Positions 1 to 9,500 of a DNA stretch of 64,000 nt are shown here, one piece after another. Source of the stretch: an uncultured Phycisphaerales bacterium (GTDB lineage: Bacteria; Planctomycetota; Phycisphaerae; SM23-33; FEN-1343); assembly GCA_963785635.1 (NCBI GenBank), contig CAWAWB010000015.1, positions 1-64,000 of the forward strand, in the 5' to 3' direction. How positions within the stretch are numbered: the first letter of the stretch is position 1; every line of letters begins with the position of its first letter. The translations under genes were made by a program, and so were the position numbers. The notes under the pieces were generated by a model. It ran no database searches and was not told where the DNA came from. It worked only from the letters and a program-made list of their open reading frames with translations.

Positions 1-92
1 TTGCGATTCTGAATTCGAATCACACGATCGGAGAGAAAGAAGAGCAGCCGGTTCTCTGTGGCCTCGCTTTTCCCCCTCTGTGTCCTCTGTGG

Positions 93-722
93 CTATTTCT
101 GCGGTTGCGACCCGGGTGATGGCGCAACCTTGATCACCCGCTGTTCGGTGAAACTGCGGCCGGTAATATAGTCCGTGAACACCACGCGGGCCGTCACTTC
201 GTTGTGGGCGGGCGGCCGCTGCCAGCGGCACTCGAACATGTACTGGTTCACAAAGCCGCTGTCGAGCCAGTACTTGGCAATTTGCTCCACTGGATAATTG
301 CACGTGCCGAGATTTTGCTCACCAGCCGAACTCGCCAGGTCAAATAGCTCGATCTTCACGGCGCCGGCGGCCTTCAAAGTTGAACCCTGTTCATCCACAG
401 GCCGCACGTACACGCGCACGCCGGAATCGAAGGTCACATTGGCCTCGCGCAGGCCGGCGGATTTGCTGGATACTTCAATGCGGTAGGGATGAAAGATCAG
501 GCTAAGCCGCTTATCGCCCAACTCCTGAAGCGTCTTGACCTGCCCCTCCAGTTCATCGATGCGGGCCTGAAGATGGGCCGTCTGGTCTTGCAGCCGCTCC
601 GTCTGTGCGCGGCTGCCTGCCAACTCCACATTCTCCTGGGCCGCCTCGCGGTGCGGCGCCTTGCATCCGGCCAACATCGCCGCGGCAATCGCGACTAGCA
701 CGATATGCGCCAGCACCTTCAC
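93..722 (-). CDS. hypothetical lipoprotein (signal peptide with LAGC lipobox, coiled-coil N-terminus)
   Basis: ORF of 209 aa. N-terminal hydrophobic segment followed by Cys (MKVLAHIVLVAIAAAMLAGC). No recognisable catalytic motifs. Confidence 0.55.
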   Translation of the reverse strand: MKVLAHIVLVAIAAAMLAGCKAPHREAAQENVELAGSRAQTERLQDQTAHLQARIDELEGQVKTLQELGDKRLSLIFHPYRIEVSSKSAGLREANVTFDSGVRVYVRPVDEQGSTLKAAGAVKIELFDLASSAGEQNLGTCNYPVEQIAKYWLDSGFVNQYMFECRWQRPPAHNEVTARVVFTDYITGRSFTEQRVIKVAPSPGSQPQK

Positions 723-736
723 GCTTCCTGCCTCCC

Positions 737-1372
737 TTAGCTCTTGGCCTGCGCGGCCGTCTCGTCAGTCTCCAGGATCTTGTCGACCACGCCGTAGGAG
801 ACGGCCTCGCCGGCATCCAGCCACTTGTTGCGGTCGCAATCCACTTCGACCTGCTCGACGGGCTTGCCGCTCTCGGCCGAAATGATTTCGTAAATGCGCC
901 TGCGCAGGCGGATGATCTCCCGCGCCTCGATATCCAGGTCCGTGGCCGGTCCGGTGACCACCCCGCGTATGAGCGGCTGGTGGATCAGCACGCGGCTATT
1001 AGGCAGCACGTAGCGCTTGCCCCGCTTCCCGCCGCACAAAAGCACCGCGCCCATGGAGGCCGCCATGCCCACGCACGTGGTGGCCACATCGCAGCGGACG
1101 AACTTCATCGTGTCGTAGATGGCCAGCCCCGCCGACACGCTGCCGCCGGGCGAGTTGATGTACAGCTTGATGTCGCTCTTGGGGTCATCGTTGGATAGGA
1201 ACAGCATCTGCGCCACGACCAGGTTGGCCACGTTGTCGTCGATCGCATCGCCTAAAAAGATGATCCGGTCCTTCAGCAGCCGGCTGTAAATGTCGTACGC
1301 CCGCTCGCCGCGGCCGCTTTGTTCGATGACGATCGGCACGAGATGTTGATTGGAGAGCATATTTTCTTCCAT
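737..1372 (-). CDS. clpP: ATP-dependent Clp protease proteolytic subunit (ClpP paralog 2)
   Basis: Contains YINSPGG, the GMAASMGA active-site serine context and an IHQP histidine motif. Adjacent to a second clpP and to tig. Confidence 0.9.
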   Translation of the reverse strand: MEENMLSNQHLVPIVIEQSGRGERAYDIYSRLLKDRIIFLGDAIDDNVANLVVAQMLFLSNDDPKSDIKLYINSPGGSVSAGLAIYDTMKFVRCDVATTCVGMAASMGAVLLCGGKRGKRYVLPNSRVLIHQPLIRGVVTGPATDLDIEAREIIRLRRRIYEIISAESGKPVEQVEVDCDRNKWLDAGEAVSYGVVDKILETDETAAQAKS

Positions 1373-1387
1373 TCCTCCGATGACCGC

Positions 1388-1984
1388 TTACTTTTTCTCC
1401 GGCAGGACGATCTCATCCAGCAGCCCGTATTCCTTGGCTTCCTCGGGGGTGAGGTAGCGGTCGCGCTCGGTCTCCTTCTCCACCTGGTCCACCGCGCGGC
1501 CGGTACACTTGGCCAGAATCTCATTCAAAACCCGCTTGGCCTTCAGGATTTCCTCGGCCTGGATCTGGATGTCGCTCACCTGCCCCGACACGCCGCCCCA
1601 GGGCTGGTGGATCATGATCTTGCTGTGCGGCAGGGCGAAGCGTTTGCCCTTGTCGCCGGCCGCCAGGATCAGTGCCGCGCCGCTCTGGGCCGTGCCCACC
1701 ACGTACGTGGCCACGGGGCAGGTCATGAACTGCATCGTGTCGTAAATCGCCAGCGTGTCATCCACCGTGCCGCCGGGTGAGTTGATGTACAGGCTGATCT
1801 CGCGGTCGCGGCTCTTGGCCTGTAATTCCAGCAGCCGCATGATAAGCCCGCCGCCGGAAGCGGCGTTGATCTGGCCCCACAGGAACACGATGCGTTCCTC
1901 GGCCAGCCGCTCTTCCAGCGTCATCTCCCGGCGGAACTGGTAGTCGTTCCGCGCGGCGTTGGGACTGTCGTGTGACCGTGCCAT
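1388..1984 (-). CDS. clpP: ATP-dependent Clp protease proteolytic subunit (ClpP paralog 1)
   Basis: Contains [17 protein letters not shown] (Ser retained) and IMIHQP. In tandem with the other clpP, as in genomes with ClpP1/ClpP2 heterocomplexes. Confidence 0.88.
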   Translation of the reverse strand: MARSHDSPNAARNDYQFRREMTLEERLAEERIVFLWGQINAASGGGLIMRLLELQAKSRDREISLYINSPGGTVDDTLAIYDTMQFMTCPVATYVVGTAQSGAALILAAGDKGKRFALPHSKIMIHQPWGGVSGQVSDIQIQAEEILKAKRVLNEILAKCTGRAVDQVEKETERDRYLTPEEAKEYGLLDEIVLPEKK

Positions 1985-2034
1985 TGCCTATCCTTCCTGC
2001 CTTACCAAATCCGCAATGAATGCTATGCGGCTTA

Positions 2035-3609
2035 TTATTCTTCGGACTTTTTGCCTTCGCCCTTCTTGCCGCCGCGCGGTTTGCCTTTGGCGGCCGGCTT
2101 CTTCTCATCGGACGAGGACTCTTCCTCGCTTGCCTCTTTTTGGGATTCCTTCTTGGCCGCCGGCTCCTTTTTGGCGTGCTCCTTCTTGGCCGGCTTTTCG
2201 GCTTTTTCCGCGGCAGCCTTGGCGGGCTTTTCTTCCGCCGGTTTGCTCTCGGCCATTTCCAGCAGTTTATCCAGCGTCTTCTGCTCGCGCAGCTCGACCT
2301 CTACTTCACCCAGCGTGCCGGAGGCGTCCATCTCCTGCCGCAGCCGCTCGGGACGCCGGCCCTGCTGGCTGGCGATCTGCGCGATCCAGGCGTTGACCTC
2401 GCCCTCGGCCACGGAGATGTCCTCGGCCTTGGCGATCTTCTCCAGGATGAAACTCAGCTTCAACTCGCGCTGAGCGGTTTGGCCGGCCTGAGCCTCCAGG
2501 AATTCCAGGTTCTGGTCGATCTGCTCGCGCGGCACTCCGCGCTGCAAAAGATCGATGTACTGGCGGCGCAGCACGCGCACCGCCTGGCGGCGTGTAAACG
2601 CCTCCGGCAGATCCATCTTCGTGTTATCCAGCAGATAATCCGACACCACCTGGCGGCGCAGGCGGTTGCGCTCCTGAGTAATCTGCGCTTCGGCCCGCTG
2701 CCCAACGTACGACCGCATCGCATCGGCATTATCGAAGCCGAAATCCTTGGCCAGTTCATCCGTCAGCGGCGGCAGTTCCAATCGCTTGACCTCCTTCAGT
2801 TCAAAGGAGATGCTCACATCTTTATCGCGCCACGATTCTTCCTTGTGGCCGGCGGGAACCTTCGTCTTTATCTCCACGCTCTGGCCGCGCTTGGCGCCTG
2901 CGAGCTTCTCGCCCAGGTCTTCGATGGGAATGCCCGCCACGGCGCCGGGGGCCACGCGCAGCTCGGCGTTGTCCACTTTGTGATCGATGCCCTCGCCCTT
3001 GACCTTCACATCGGCGATGATCTGGTCGGCGATCTTCACCTCATCTTCGACGGGCACCATGGTGCCGCGTTGGGAGAGGATGCGGCGCGTGACTTCCGCG
3101 GCGTGCTCCGCGGCGGCCGGCAGCGCGGGCTCAGCCACGGGAATGCCTTTATATTCAGGCACATCGAACTTCGGCTTGACCTCCACCTCCACGGAGAACG
3201 TGAGGTTGCCCTTCTCAGGAAGCTCGATATCGTCGAGCTTGATATCCGGCTCGCCCAGGATGTCCAGCTCTTCCTGCTTATCGACGTCGCCTAAGGCCTC
3301 GGCCACCAGCGAATTGCGCACATCCTGCGCGGCGTCTTTGCCGTATCGCTTCTCCAGCAACCGCCGCGGCGCGTGGCCGATGCGAAAGCCCGGTACAAGG
3401 GCCGTCTTGTGCAATTCGCCGAAAATCTCATTGAACTTGCCATCAATCTTGGCCCGGTCGATCTCGATAGTGATCTTCTTGCGCGACTGCTCGAGGTCCT
3501 CAATAGTTACCTTGTTGGCAGGCCCCTTTTGTTCCTGCTGTTCCTGCTCCTGCTGATTATCTTTAGTCTCTGCCTGGTCTTGCGCCTGGTCCTTGCTTTC
3601 ATCGGCCAT
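2035..3609 (-). CDS. tig: trigger factor with a long Lys/Ala/Glu-rich C-terminal tail
   Basis: N-terminal ribosome-binding signature (VPGFRIGHAPRRLLEKRYG). PPIase and C-terminal arm regions present. The conserved tig-clpP order is kept. The start was chosen at the ATG at 3609 (MADESKDQ), not the upstream extension of the raw ORF. Confidence 0.85.
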   Translation of the reverse strand: MADESKDQAQDQAETKDNQQEQEQQEQKGPANKVTIEDLEQSRKKITIEIDRAKIDGKFNEIFGELHKTALVPGFRIGHAPRRLLEKRYGKDAAQDVRNSLVAEALGDVDKQEELDILGEPDIKLDDIELPEKGNLTFSVEVEVKPKFDVPEYKGIPVAEPALPAAAEHAAEVTRRILSQRGTMVPVEDEVKIADQIIADVKVKGEGIDHKVDNAELRVAPGAVAGIPIEDLGEKLAGAKRGQSVEIKTKVPAGHKEESWRDKDVSISFELKEVKRLELPPLTDELAKDFGFDNADAMRSYVGQRAEAQITQERNRLRRQVVSDYLLDNTKMDLPEAFTRRQAVRVLRRQYIDLLQRGVPREQIDQNLEFLEAQAGQTAQRELKLSFILEKIAKAEDISVAEGEVNAWIAQIASQQGRRPERLRQEMDASGTLGEVEVELREQKTLDKLLEMAESKPAEEKPAKAAAEKAEKPAKKEHAKKEPAAKKESQKEASEEESSSDEKKPAAKGKPRGGKKGEGKKSEE

Positions 3610-3837
3610 GAGAAATTCTCCCGAAAGCCCCGCCGCGACCAATGCACGCGCATCCCGGCGACAAGGGCAGCCTGCCCAGCGCTTATGGCTGGAGCGAAGA
3701 CTGTATGGGAATACTATCCCCGCGTCAACGGCGATTTGCAATGTCCGCCGTGGCGGACATTGCCGCGGCGAAGCTGAAAGCGGAGCCGGGAAGGCGAAGC
3801 CGGGCAGGTCTATGTGGCACAGCCGCGCTGTGGCTTT

Positions 3838-3910
3838 TACCTGTGCCCTGTGCCCTGTTCCCTGTAGCCTTTTTCCTGTACCCTGTGCCCTGATCCCTGT
3901 AACCTTTTTC
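3838..3910. repeat. tandem CCTGTNN heptamer array (about 8 units, arranged as 2 x about 36 bp) in the tig/nfeD divergent region
   Basis: Sequence cctgtgccctgtgccctgttccctgtagcctttttcctgtaccctgtgccctgatccctgtaacctttttcc. Confidence 0.8.
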
Positions 3911-3926
3911 CTAAGGCAGGTGAACA

Positions 3927-4571
3927 ATGGCGACCGTTCTTACGTGGTGGGGTCAATTGTCGGGCGTGAATCAGGCTTTTTACGCCGCCGCAATTTTCTT
4001 CAGCGTGTTTTTCGTGTGGCAGCTCATCTCGGCGCTGCTGGGTCTGGCGGGCGATCACGGAATCGCCGCGCATGATCTTGCCGGCGGCCACGATTTTGAT
4101 GCCCACGCCGAATCCACCTTGCACCACGAGGCCCCGCACGACGCCCACGACACCGTCCTGGCCTTCAGGCTCGTCAGCCTCCGCTCGGTGCTGGCCTTTT
4201 TGACGTTGTTTGCCTGGGCCACCGCCCTGTATATGAACAGCGGTCTGCCCCTCCACCGCAGCCTGTCCTTTGCCGCGCTGTGGGGCCTGGCCGCCATGAT
4301 CCTGGTGAGCCTGCTTGTGCACTGGCTTTCCAAACTCGGCGAAACCGGCAATATCCGCGTGGAAACCTGCATCGGCGCCACCGGCACGGTGTACCTGGAC
4401 ATCCCCGAGAAAGGCCCGGGTGAGATTCGAGTCATGTGTTCGGGCGTGTTAACCCATCTAAAAGCAGTCAGCGTCTCCGGACCCTTGAAGGCCGGCGCGG
4501 CCGTGCGCGTCATCCGCATCACCGGCCCCAATACCGTCGAAGTTCAGCAGTCCCAATCAGCGAATGCGTAG
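3927..4571 (+). CDS. NfeD-like membrane protein (flotillin-associated), with a His-rich loop
   Basis: Two or three TM helices and a C-terminal OB-fold-like segment. Directly precedes the flotillin gene, the classic nfeD-floT operon arrangement. His-rich stretch: AAHDLAGGHDFDAHAESTLHHEAPHDAHD. Confidence 0.65.
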   Translation: MATVLTWWGQLSGVNQAFYAAAIFFSVFFVWQLISALLGLAGDHGIAAHDLAGGHDFDAHAESTLHHEAPHDAHDTVLAFRLVSLRSVLAFLTLFAWATALYMNSGLPLHRSLSFAALWGLAAMILVSLLVHWLSKLGETGNIRVETCIGATGTVYLDIPEKGPGEIRVMCSGVLTHLKAVSVSGPLKAGAAVRVIRITGPNTVEVQQSQSANA

Positions 4572-4595
4572 TCGCCCCTTTAGTGAGGAGAAGTC

Positions 4596-6168
4596 ATGTT
4601 TACTCTTGGCCTAACCGATAGCCCCGCCCTGCCGGCGGACACCATCACCATCTTTCTGGCGCTGGGCATCATCTTCATCCTGTTCGTGCTGCTGGTTTCG
4701 TTTTTGAGGCGGTACAAGCGCTGCCCCTCCAACAAGATCCTGGTCATCTACGGCAAGACCGGCTGCGGGCGCCTCCAAGTGCGTGCACGGCGGCGCGGCC
4801 TTCGTCTGGCCGCTGTTCCAGGCGTACGACTACCTGGACCTGGAGCCCTTCGTCATCCCCATCGACCTGTCCAACGCCCTCTCGCAGGAGAACATCCGCG
4901 TGTCGGTGCCCACCACGGTCACCGCGGCCATCTCCAACCAGAAGGGCATCATGGAAAACGCGGCCATCCGCCTGCTGGGCCTGACCACCCAGCAGATCCA
5001 GACGCAGGCGCAGGACATCATCATCGGCCAGATGCGCGCGGTCATCGCCACCATGAAGATCGAGGACATCAACCGCGACCGCCAGTCGTTCATGGGCAAG
5101 GTGAACGAGGCCGTGGCCGTCGAGCTGGAGAAGATCGGCCTGGCCGTCATCAACGTCAACATCCGCGACATCGAGGATGAGTCGGGCTACATCAAGGCCA
5201 TCGGCCGCAAGGCCGCCGCGGAGGCCATCAACCAGGCCAACATCGACGTGGCCGAGCAGGAAAAGAGCGGCCAGACCGGCGTGGCCCAGCGTAACCGCGA
5301 TCAGCGCGTTGCCGTGGCCGCCGCCATCGCCGATGCGGAAATCGGCGAGGCCACCGCCGCGCGGAACAAGCGCCAGCAGGTGGCCAAGCTGGATGCCGAG
5401 GCCGTCAACGCCGAAACCGCGGCCAATGCCCAGAAGGCGGCCTACCGCGCCAACCAGAAAGTGGCCGAGGAAGAGGCCCGCAACAAGGGCGAATCGGCCG
5501 CCAAGCAGGCCGATGGCTCCATTCGCGTGGCGCAGGAGCAGGCGCAGAAGAACGCCGAGGACGCCCGCGCCATCCGCGAGACCTCGCGCCTGAACGCCGA
5601 GATCGTCGTGCCCGCCGAGGCGGAGAAGAAGCGCATCATCATCGCCGCCGAGGCCCAGAAGGAGCAGACCATCAAGGTGGCCGAGGGCCAGAGGCAGCAG
5701 TCCATCGAGGTCGCCCAGGGCCAGGCCCAGGCCATGCTGGCCAAGATGACCGCCGAGGGCCAGGGCACGCAGGCCGTGCTGGATGGCAAGGCCACCGGCT
5801 ACCGCAACCTGGTGCAGTCGGCGGGCGACCCGCAGACGGCCACGGCCCTGCTCTTGATCGAAAAACTGCTGGAGATCTCCAACATCCAGGCCAAGGCGAT
5901 TTCCGAACTGCCCATCGAGAAGATCATCATCTGGGATGGCGGCGGCAACGGCGATGGCGGCGGCCTGTCCACGCTGGGCAAGCGCATCATGGGCGCACTG
6001 CCCCCCATGCACGAACTGGCCCGCCAGGTGGGCCTCGACCTGCCGGAGTTTTTGGGCAAGGTGGGTAAAGGCACGGAAGGCGGCCTGGGCGGTGCGGGTC
6101 CAAAGGATGGAAAGACGCCTCCCGCCGCGCCGGATGGACCGGCGAATAAGGTGATGCCGGTGAAGTGA
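4596..6168 (+). CDS. flotillin (SPFH/band-7 family, FloT/YqiK-like), reading frame interrupted near 4765-4785
   Basis: N-terminal TM anchor plus RRYKRCPSNKILVIYGKTG (frame of 4596). GGAAFVWPLF... and a long Ala/Glu/Lys-rich flotillin coiled coil (frame of 4783). The two frames join at a C-rich run. Confidence 0.8.
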
Positions 6169-6208
6169 GGCTCACGGGTCACGGCTTACGACTGGGCTGT
6201 GCTTTTTA

Positions 6209-6264
6209 CCCCTCCCCCTTTTACGGGGGAGGGTGGCCCGAAGGGCCGGGTGAGGGTTCTTCGG
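6209..6264 (+). repeat. 55-bp double-hairpin repeat element, copy 1 of 3
   Basis: Sequence cccctcccccttttacgggggagggtggcccgaagggccgggtgagggttctt. Near-identical copies at 41611-41667 (+) and 49304-49357 (reverse complement). Confidence 0.85.
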
Positions 6265-6370
6265 TCGCATGCCCTGACGTCGCGTTCTTCTGCGATGTGC
6301 AGGCGTGAAATAAAGGAACAGCTGAGGCTTACAGCTTAAGGCTTAAGAAATGCGTCCAAAACTGATTGAC

Positions 6371-6769
6371 CTACCGGCCGGAAGTATTCTCGCGTTCGCG
6401 AATAGCTTCAGCAATCTCACGAAACTCCATTGGAACCATCGTGTGTGCTCTTACATACCATTCGCAAACATCAAGCCACTGAGAGTTTTGGTAAAACGCC
6501 AGAACAATTGGTTTAATCCCTTGGTAAGAGATATCAAACCTGTCTTTTAGCTTCTCTTCGAAAAGGCCGAAATCTGGCGTAATGTGCTTGTTCAATTGAT
6601 TGCTAACTTCCTCGAAAATATCGTGCGCATCATTTAAATCATTTTCGCCCCAGTTCATCTCGGTAACTAAAGCAGCTATTGGATTTTCGTCAGAGTCAAT
6701 CGCCTCACCCAGCAAACGAACTTGAAATTGTAGTTTTTCGATTTCGCCTTCTAAGTCTCTATCGCTCAT
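6371..6769 (-). CDS. hypothetical acidic protein (132 aa) in a low-GC islet
   Basis: Clean ORF with AT-rich codon usage distinct from its surroundings. 13-bp spacing from the upstream gene. No recognisable motifs. Confidence 0.5.
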   Translation of the reverse strand: MSDRDLEGEIEKLQFQVRLLGEAIDSDENPIAALVTEMNWGENDLNDAHDIFEEVSNQLNKHITPDFGLFEEKLKDRFDISYQGIKPIVLAFYQNSQWLDVCEWYVRAHTMVPMEFREIAEAIRERENTSGR

Positions 6770-6782
6770 AAATCGTCCTCGA

Positions 6783-7232
6783 CTATAAGTGAAGCCTCAG
6801 GTGAACCCTGGATTTTGCCGTGGAGATACCTTCCTGGATCATTGTCCTCATCTTTGAAATGATCTCAGGATGATCTGTGTCTGATTGCCCCAATTCCGAA
6901 ACTAGGCCTTGCACGGCTGAGACCATGGCTCTTATGTCTCTATCGGGGCCATCTGAAGACAACCTGTTCAGAACACCATCAAGATGCCTCTGAATTTCGC
7001 TTAATGAGCTTCCTATCTTAAATCCTCTCCGATTCGACCGAATAGCATTTTCTAAAGCATTCAATTCACTTTGCAAATGAGTAAGTGACTGTTCAATGTC
7101 AGATAAAGTTATTTGTCTAAAATCAAGTTCAACAGCTTTCTTGACCCTAAAGGCTTTAAAAGCAGCCAAAACTGAAACAAGAGCGCCGACGATTGAAGCG
7201 AAATCAGCAATGTCAGTTATTATTGAGGACAT
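6783..7232 (-). CDS. hypothetical membrane-anchored coiled-coil protein (149 aa) in a low-GC islet
   Basis: N-terminal TM helix (IITDIADFASIVGALVSVLAAFKAF) followed by predicted coiled coil. Forms an operon with 6371..6769. Confidence 0.5.
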   Translation of the reverse strand: MSSIITDIADFASIVGALVSVLAAFKAFRVKKAVELDFRQITLSDIEQSLTHLQSELNALENAIRSNRRGFKIGSSLSEIQRHLDGVLNRLSSDGPDRDIRAMVSAVQGLVSELGQSDTDHPEIISKMRTMIQEGISTAKSRVHLRLHL

Positions 7233-7417
7233 ACTCGGAAACTAATCAAACATGAAGCTCGTATCTTGTCAATGTTTTATCCTGCCGGGTGCCGTGGAGG
7301 AAAACGCATGAAGGTCGGTACTGGCAATGCGAAACAGCCCTAAAGCAACCATAAATATGCAGTTTTTGGAGATAGCTGAACCTGCAATTTCACAAACATA
7401 ACGTTCAGCCATATGGA

Positions 7418-7615
7418 TCAGGCCCGAAGGGCCGGCAGTTGGTAGCCGGCGGCGTAAGCCGCCGGACCGGGCCGTTTTTTTGGAAAAGCCCCGAAGGGGC
7501 GGCAGAATCATGGAAATCCGCAAGAATCTGTCGCCCCGTTGGGGCTCTAAACAGTTTAGCGACCATACCGGGGGCTGACGCCCCCGGCTACCAACTGTCG
7601 CCCCATTCGGGGCTT
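7418..7615 (+). repeat. cluster of six GC-rich short hairpins (REP/BIME-like), with a 12-bp long-range helix enclosing four of them
   Basis: Hairpins ggcccGAAGggcc, ccggcggcGTAAgccgccgg (+T7), gccccGAAGgggc, cgccccGTTGgggc, ccgggggcTGACgcccccgg and gccccATTCggggc. cagttggtagcc (7436-7447) is the reverse complement of ggctaccaactg (7586-7597). Confidence 0.7.
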
Positions 7616-8159
7616 ATCATGCTTGCACGAAGTGGCCGACGTCCCCATTAATTCCCATTCCTGCAGTCACGTGAGCCGAAGGCTCGCGCCATCAAATCAA
7701 TTCTGTTCTGCGCCTTTCCTCTTTCCTCTGGACCTTTGTCCCGGTGCCGTGGCTGCAACCCCTCTCCCTTGGGAGAGGGCTTGTCCTGCGAAGCTTCAGC
7801 GGAGCGGGATGCCCCGAAGGGGCGGGCTTGCCCTGCGAAGCTTTAGCGAAGCAGGGTGAGGGTTTTCCAGCAGCCACGTCTCTGGCATCGTCATATATAA
7901 GTGCCTGTCTGATAGGCTATTATGATCGACTCCTACCACAACACATTTTTCCTGCCATTTTCTGCATTTTACACCTTTACAGAATCTGGCTAACCATGTA
8001 TCATAATACTTGTCATGGTAATGCAGATTCCAATGTGGAGGATCAGAAAGAGGGATACGGAAAATTCCAGCCCCGAACCATTCCCAGAATCGCGCGGCGG
8101 AGAACCTTTGCCTTTGCGGCCGCGCAAACACTCGAGTGAACCGGGATCGCCAAAGGGCT

Positions 8160-9500
8160 GTTTACATAGATCGAAGGAATTGCGGATTGCGGATTGCGGA
8201 TTGAAGAGAGACCTGATTGGGGCGGCGCCGACTCGAATCGGCCGGCCCGCCAGCAAAGTTTCTCGAATCAAATCCACAATCCTGAACTCCCGATCCGCTA
8301 CTGGTTTTGCCTATTCCGTGTTCGCCTGTACGTTGTGACTGTGCATATGCTGTCCCTTCTTCCAATTGCGGGGTCTGTACTCTTTGCAATCCGCAATTGG
8401 AAATGTCCGTTCCATGTTCACCCCGTAACCTTGTTCCGTCTGCCGTCCCCGCTTTCGTTGTTTCAGCTCCTTTCGGCATTCTTACGGAATTGCGGCGCTG
8501 CGGTTGTGCGCGGGCTGAGAGTCTTCTCAATCCGCAATCCGAAATCCGCAATCCGCAATTCTTCACCGGCTGTTTGGACGCATGGGGTTCGCAGAGCGCT
8601 TCAGCCGATTCCAGACTTGGCTGAAACCGCCGCGTTTCCGACTCCCGCGCGAGATGGTGGAGTTTGTACTTTTTTCTTCCGCCTGCTGCATGCAGGCACT
8701 TCGGTGTGCAGCTTCCTGCCTGACAGAGGCCGGGCAGGGCGAGCGGCTGCACATCTGGTCGCCTCGGCTTCAGATGTGAGAGCCCGCACGCAAGACCGGA
8801 GGGCGTTGGCATCATCCGTTTCGGCCGCTGGTGCAGGAGAAGTGAATCCGCCGCAGGGTTCATCGGTCCGCTCGTCAAACACCGTAACTGGTCCCTTTCG
8901 AGACGGCGGTGAGCGCCCCATCCGCACGATGACAGGCAACCGCATCATCACCCAAATGATGAGCAATTGCCCCATCTGCATGATGACCGGCAGCCCTGGG
9001 ACGGTGATTCCTGCGACCGGCCGCCGTTGCCTTGAGGCGTTCGCCACGGCGCACGCGCTTGAAGCGCAATTACGGATGCTGACCCATGCCTGGCGTCACC
9101 ATAGGACCGTGGAAATGAGAAAGCCCGCCACATCCACGGGGAATTGCGGATTGCGGATTTCGGATTGCGGATTGGAGCTGCCTGAGGCTGCATCACGTTC
9201 GCTCATCGAACCTAGGTGCTGCTGTCTTACAGTTCAGCCGCAAGCCGCCAATCCAAAATCTGCAATTCCAGAGGGTCGTAGATTGCGAATTGCCAGTCGC
9301 GGATCTGAACAACTTGAGATATCTCGTTCGCTCATCGAACGTGCATCGAGTCCTCTTGCTGTTCAATCCGCAATCCGAAATCCGCAATCCGCAATTCCTC
9401 TGACCGGCGTTGCGGGGAGACCTGTTTCCTCGAACGGGCGAGTTGTTGCGCATGACCGAACGTCGACCGCGCCACGGGCGTTCCAGCCTTATTCGCGGCG
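8160..9500. repeat. non-coding block dense in GGATTGC/GCAATCC heptamer arrays arranged as inverted pairs
   Basis: Forward arrays at about 8178, 8484, 9141 and 9280. Reverse arrays at about 8383, 8524, 9247 and 9362. Two adjacent units share the palindromic core cgttcgctcatcgaac. No credible ORF; the 514-aa ORF through this block translates the repeats. Confidence 0.8.

Noticed and set aside
4744-6012. 422-aa minus-strand ORF (with others at 2020..3294, 29366..31117, 31256..32314, 41810..43348, 44902..45897, 49292..51907 and 56439..57809)
   Set aside because: All are long antisense ORFs overlapping well-supported conserved genes (flotillin, tig, GH-like, SBP, anti-sigma, mtlD, E1, MDR dehydrogenase). 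They are Gly/Arg/Ala/Leu/Asp-rich with no motifs, the usual high-GC shadow-ORF artefact.
7796-8131. 111-aa minus-strand ORF with a Cys/His-rich stretch (HWNLHYHDKYYDTWLARFCKGVKCRKWQEKC) in a low-GC patch
   Set aside because: It could be a remnant of a zinc-ribbon or HNH-containing mobile-element protein. The N-terminal third runs through the GC-rich hairpin cluster, and there is no start context or further similarity I can verify. It is left as possible debris, not a called gene.
8206-8260. tRNA-like sequence (ggggcggcgccgactcgaatcggccggcccgcca)
   Set aside because: A TCGAAT-like loop is present, but the segment is about 35 nt. It has no D-arm or anticodon arm and no CCA-compatible acceptor pairing. 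It is a simple hairpin.
8160-9500. Possible CRISPR array
   Set aside because: The repeat unit is only 7 bp and is tandemly reiterated. There are no uniform 28-37-bp repeats separated by unique spacers, and no cas genes nearby.
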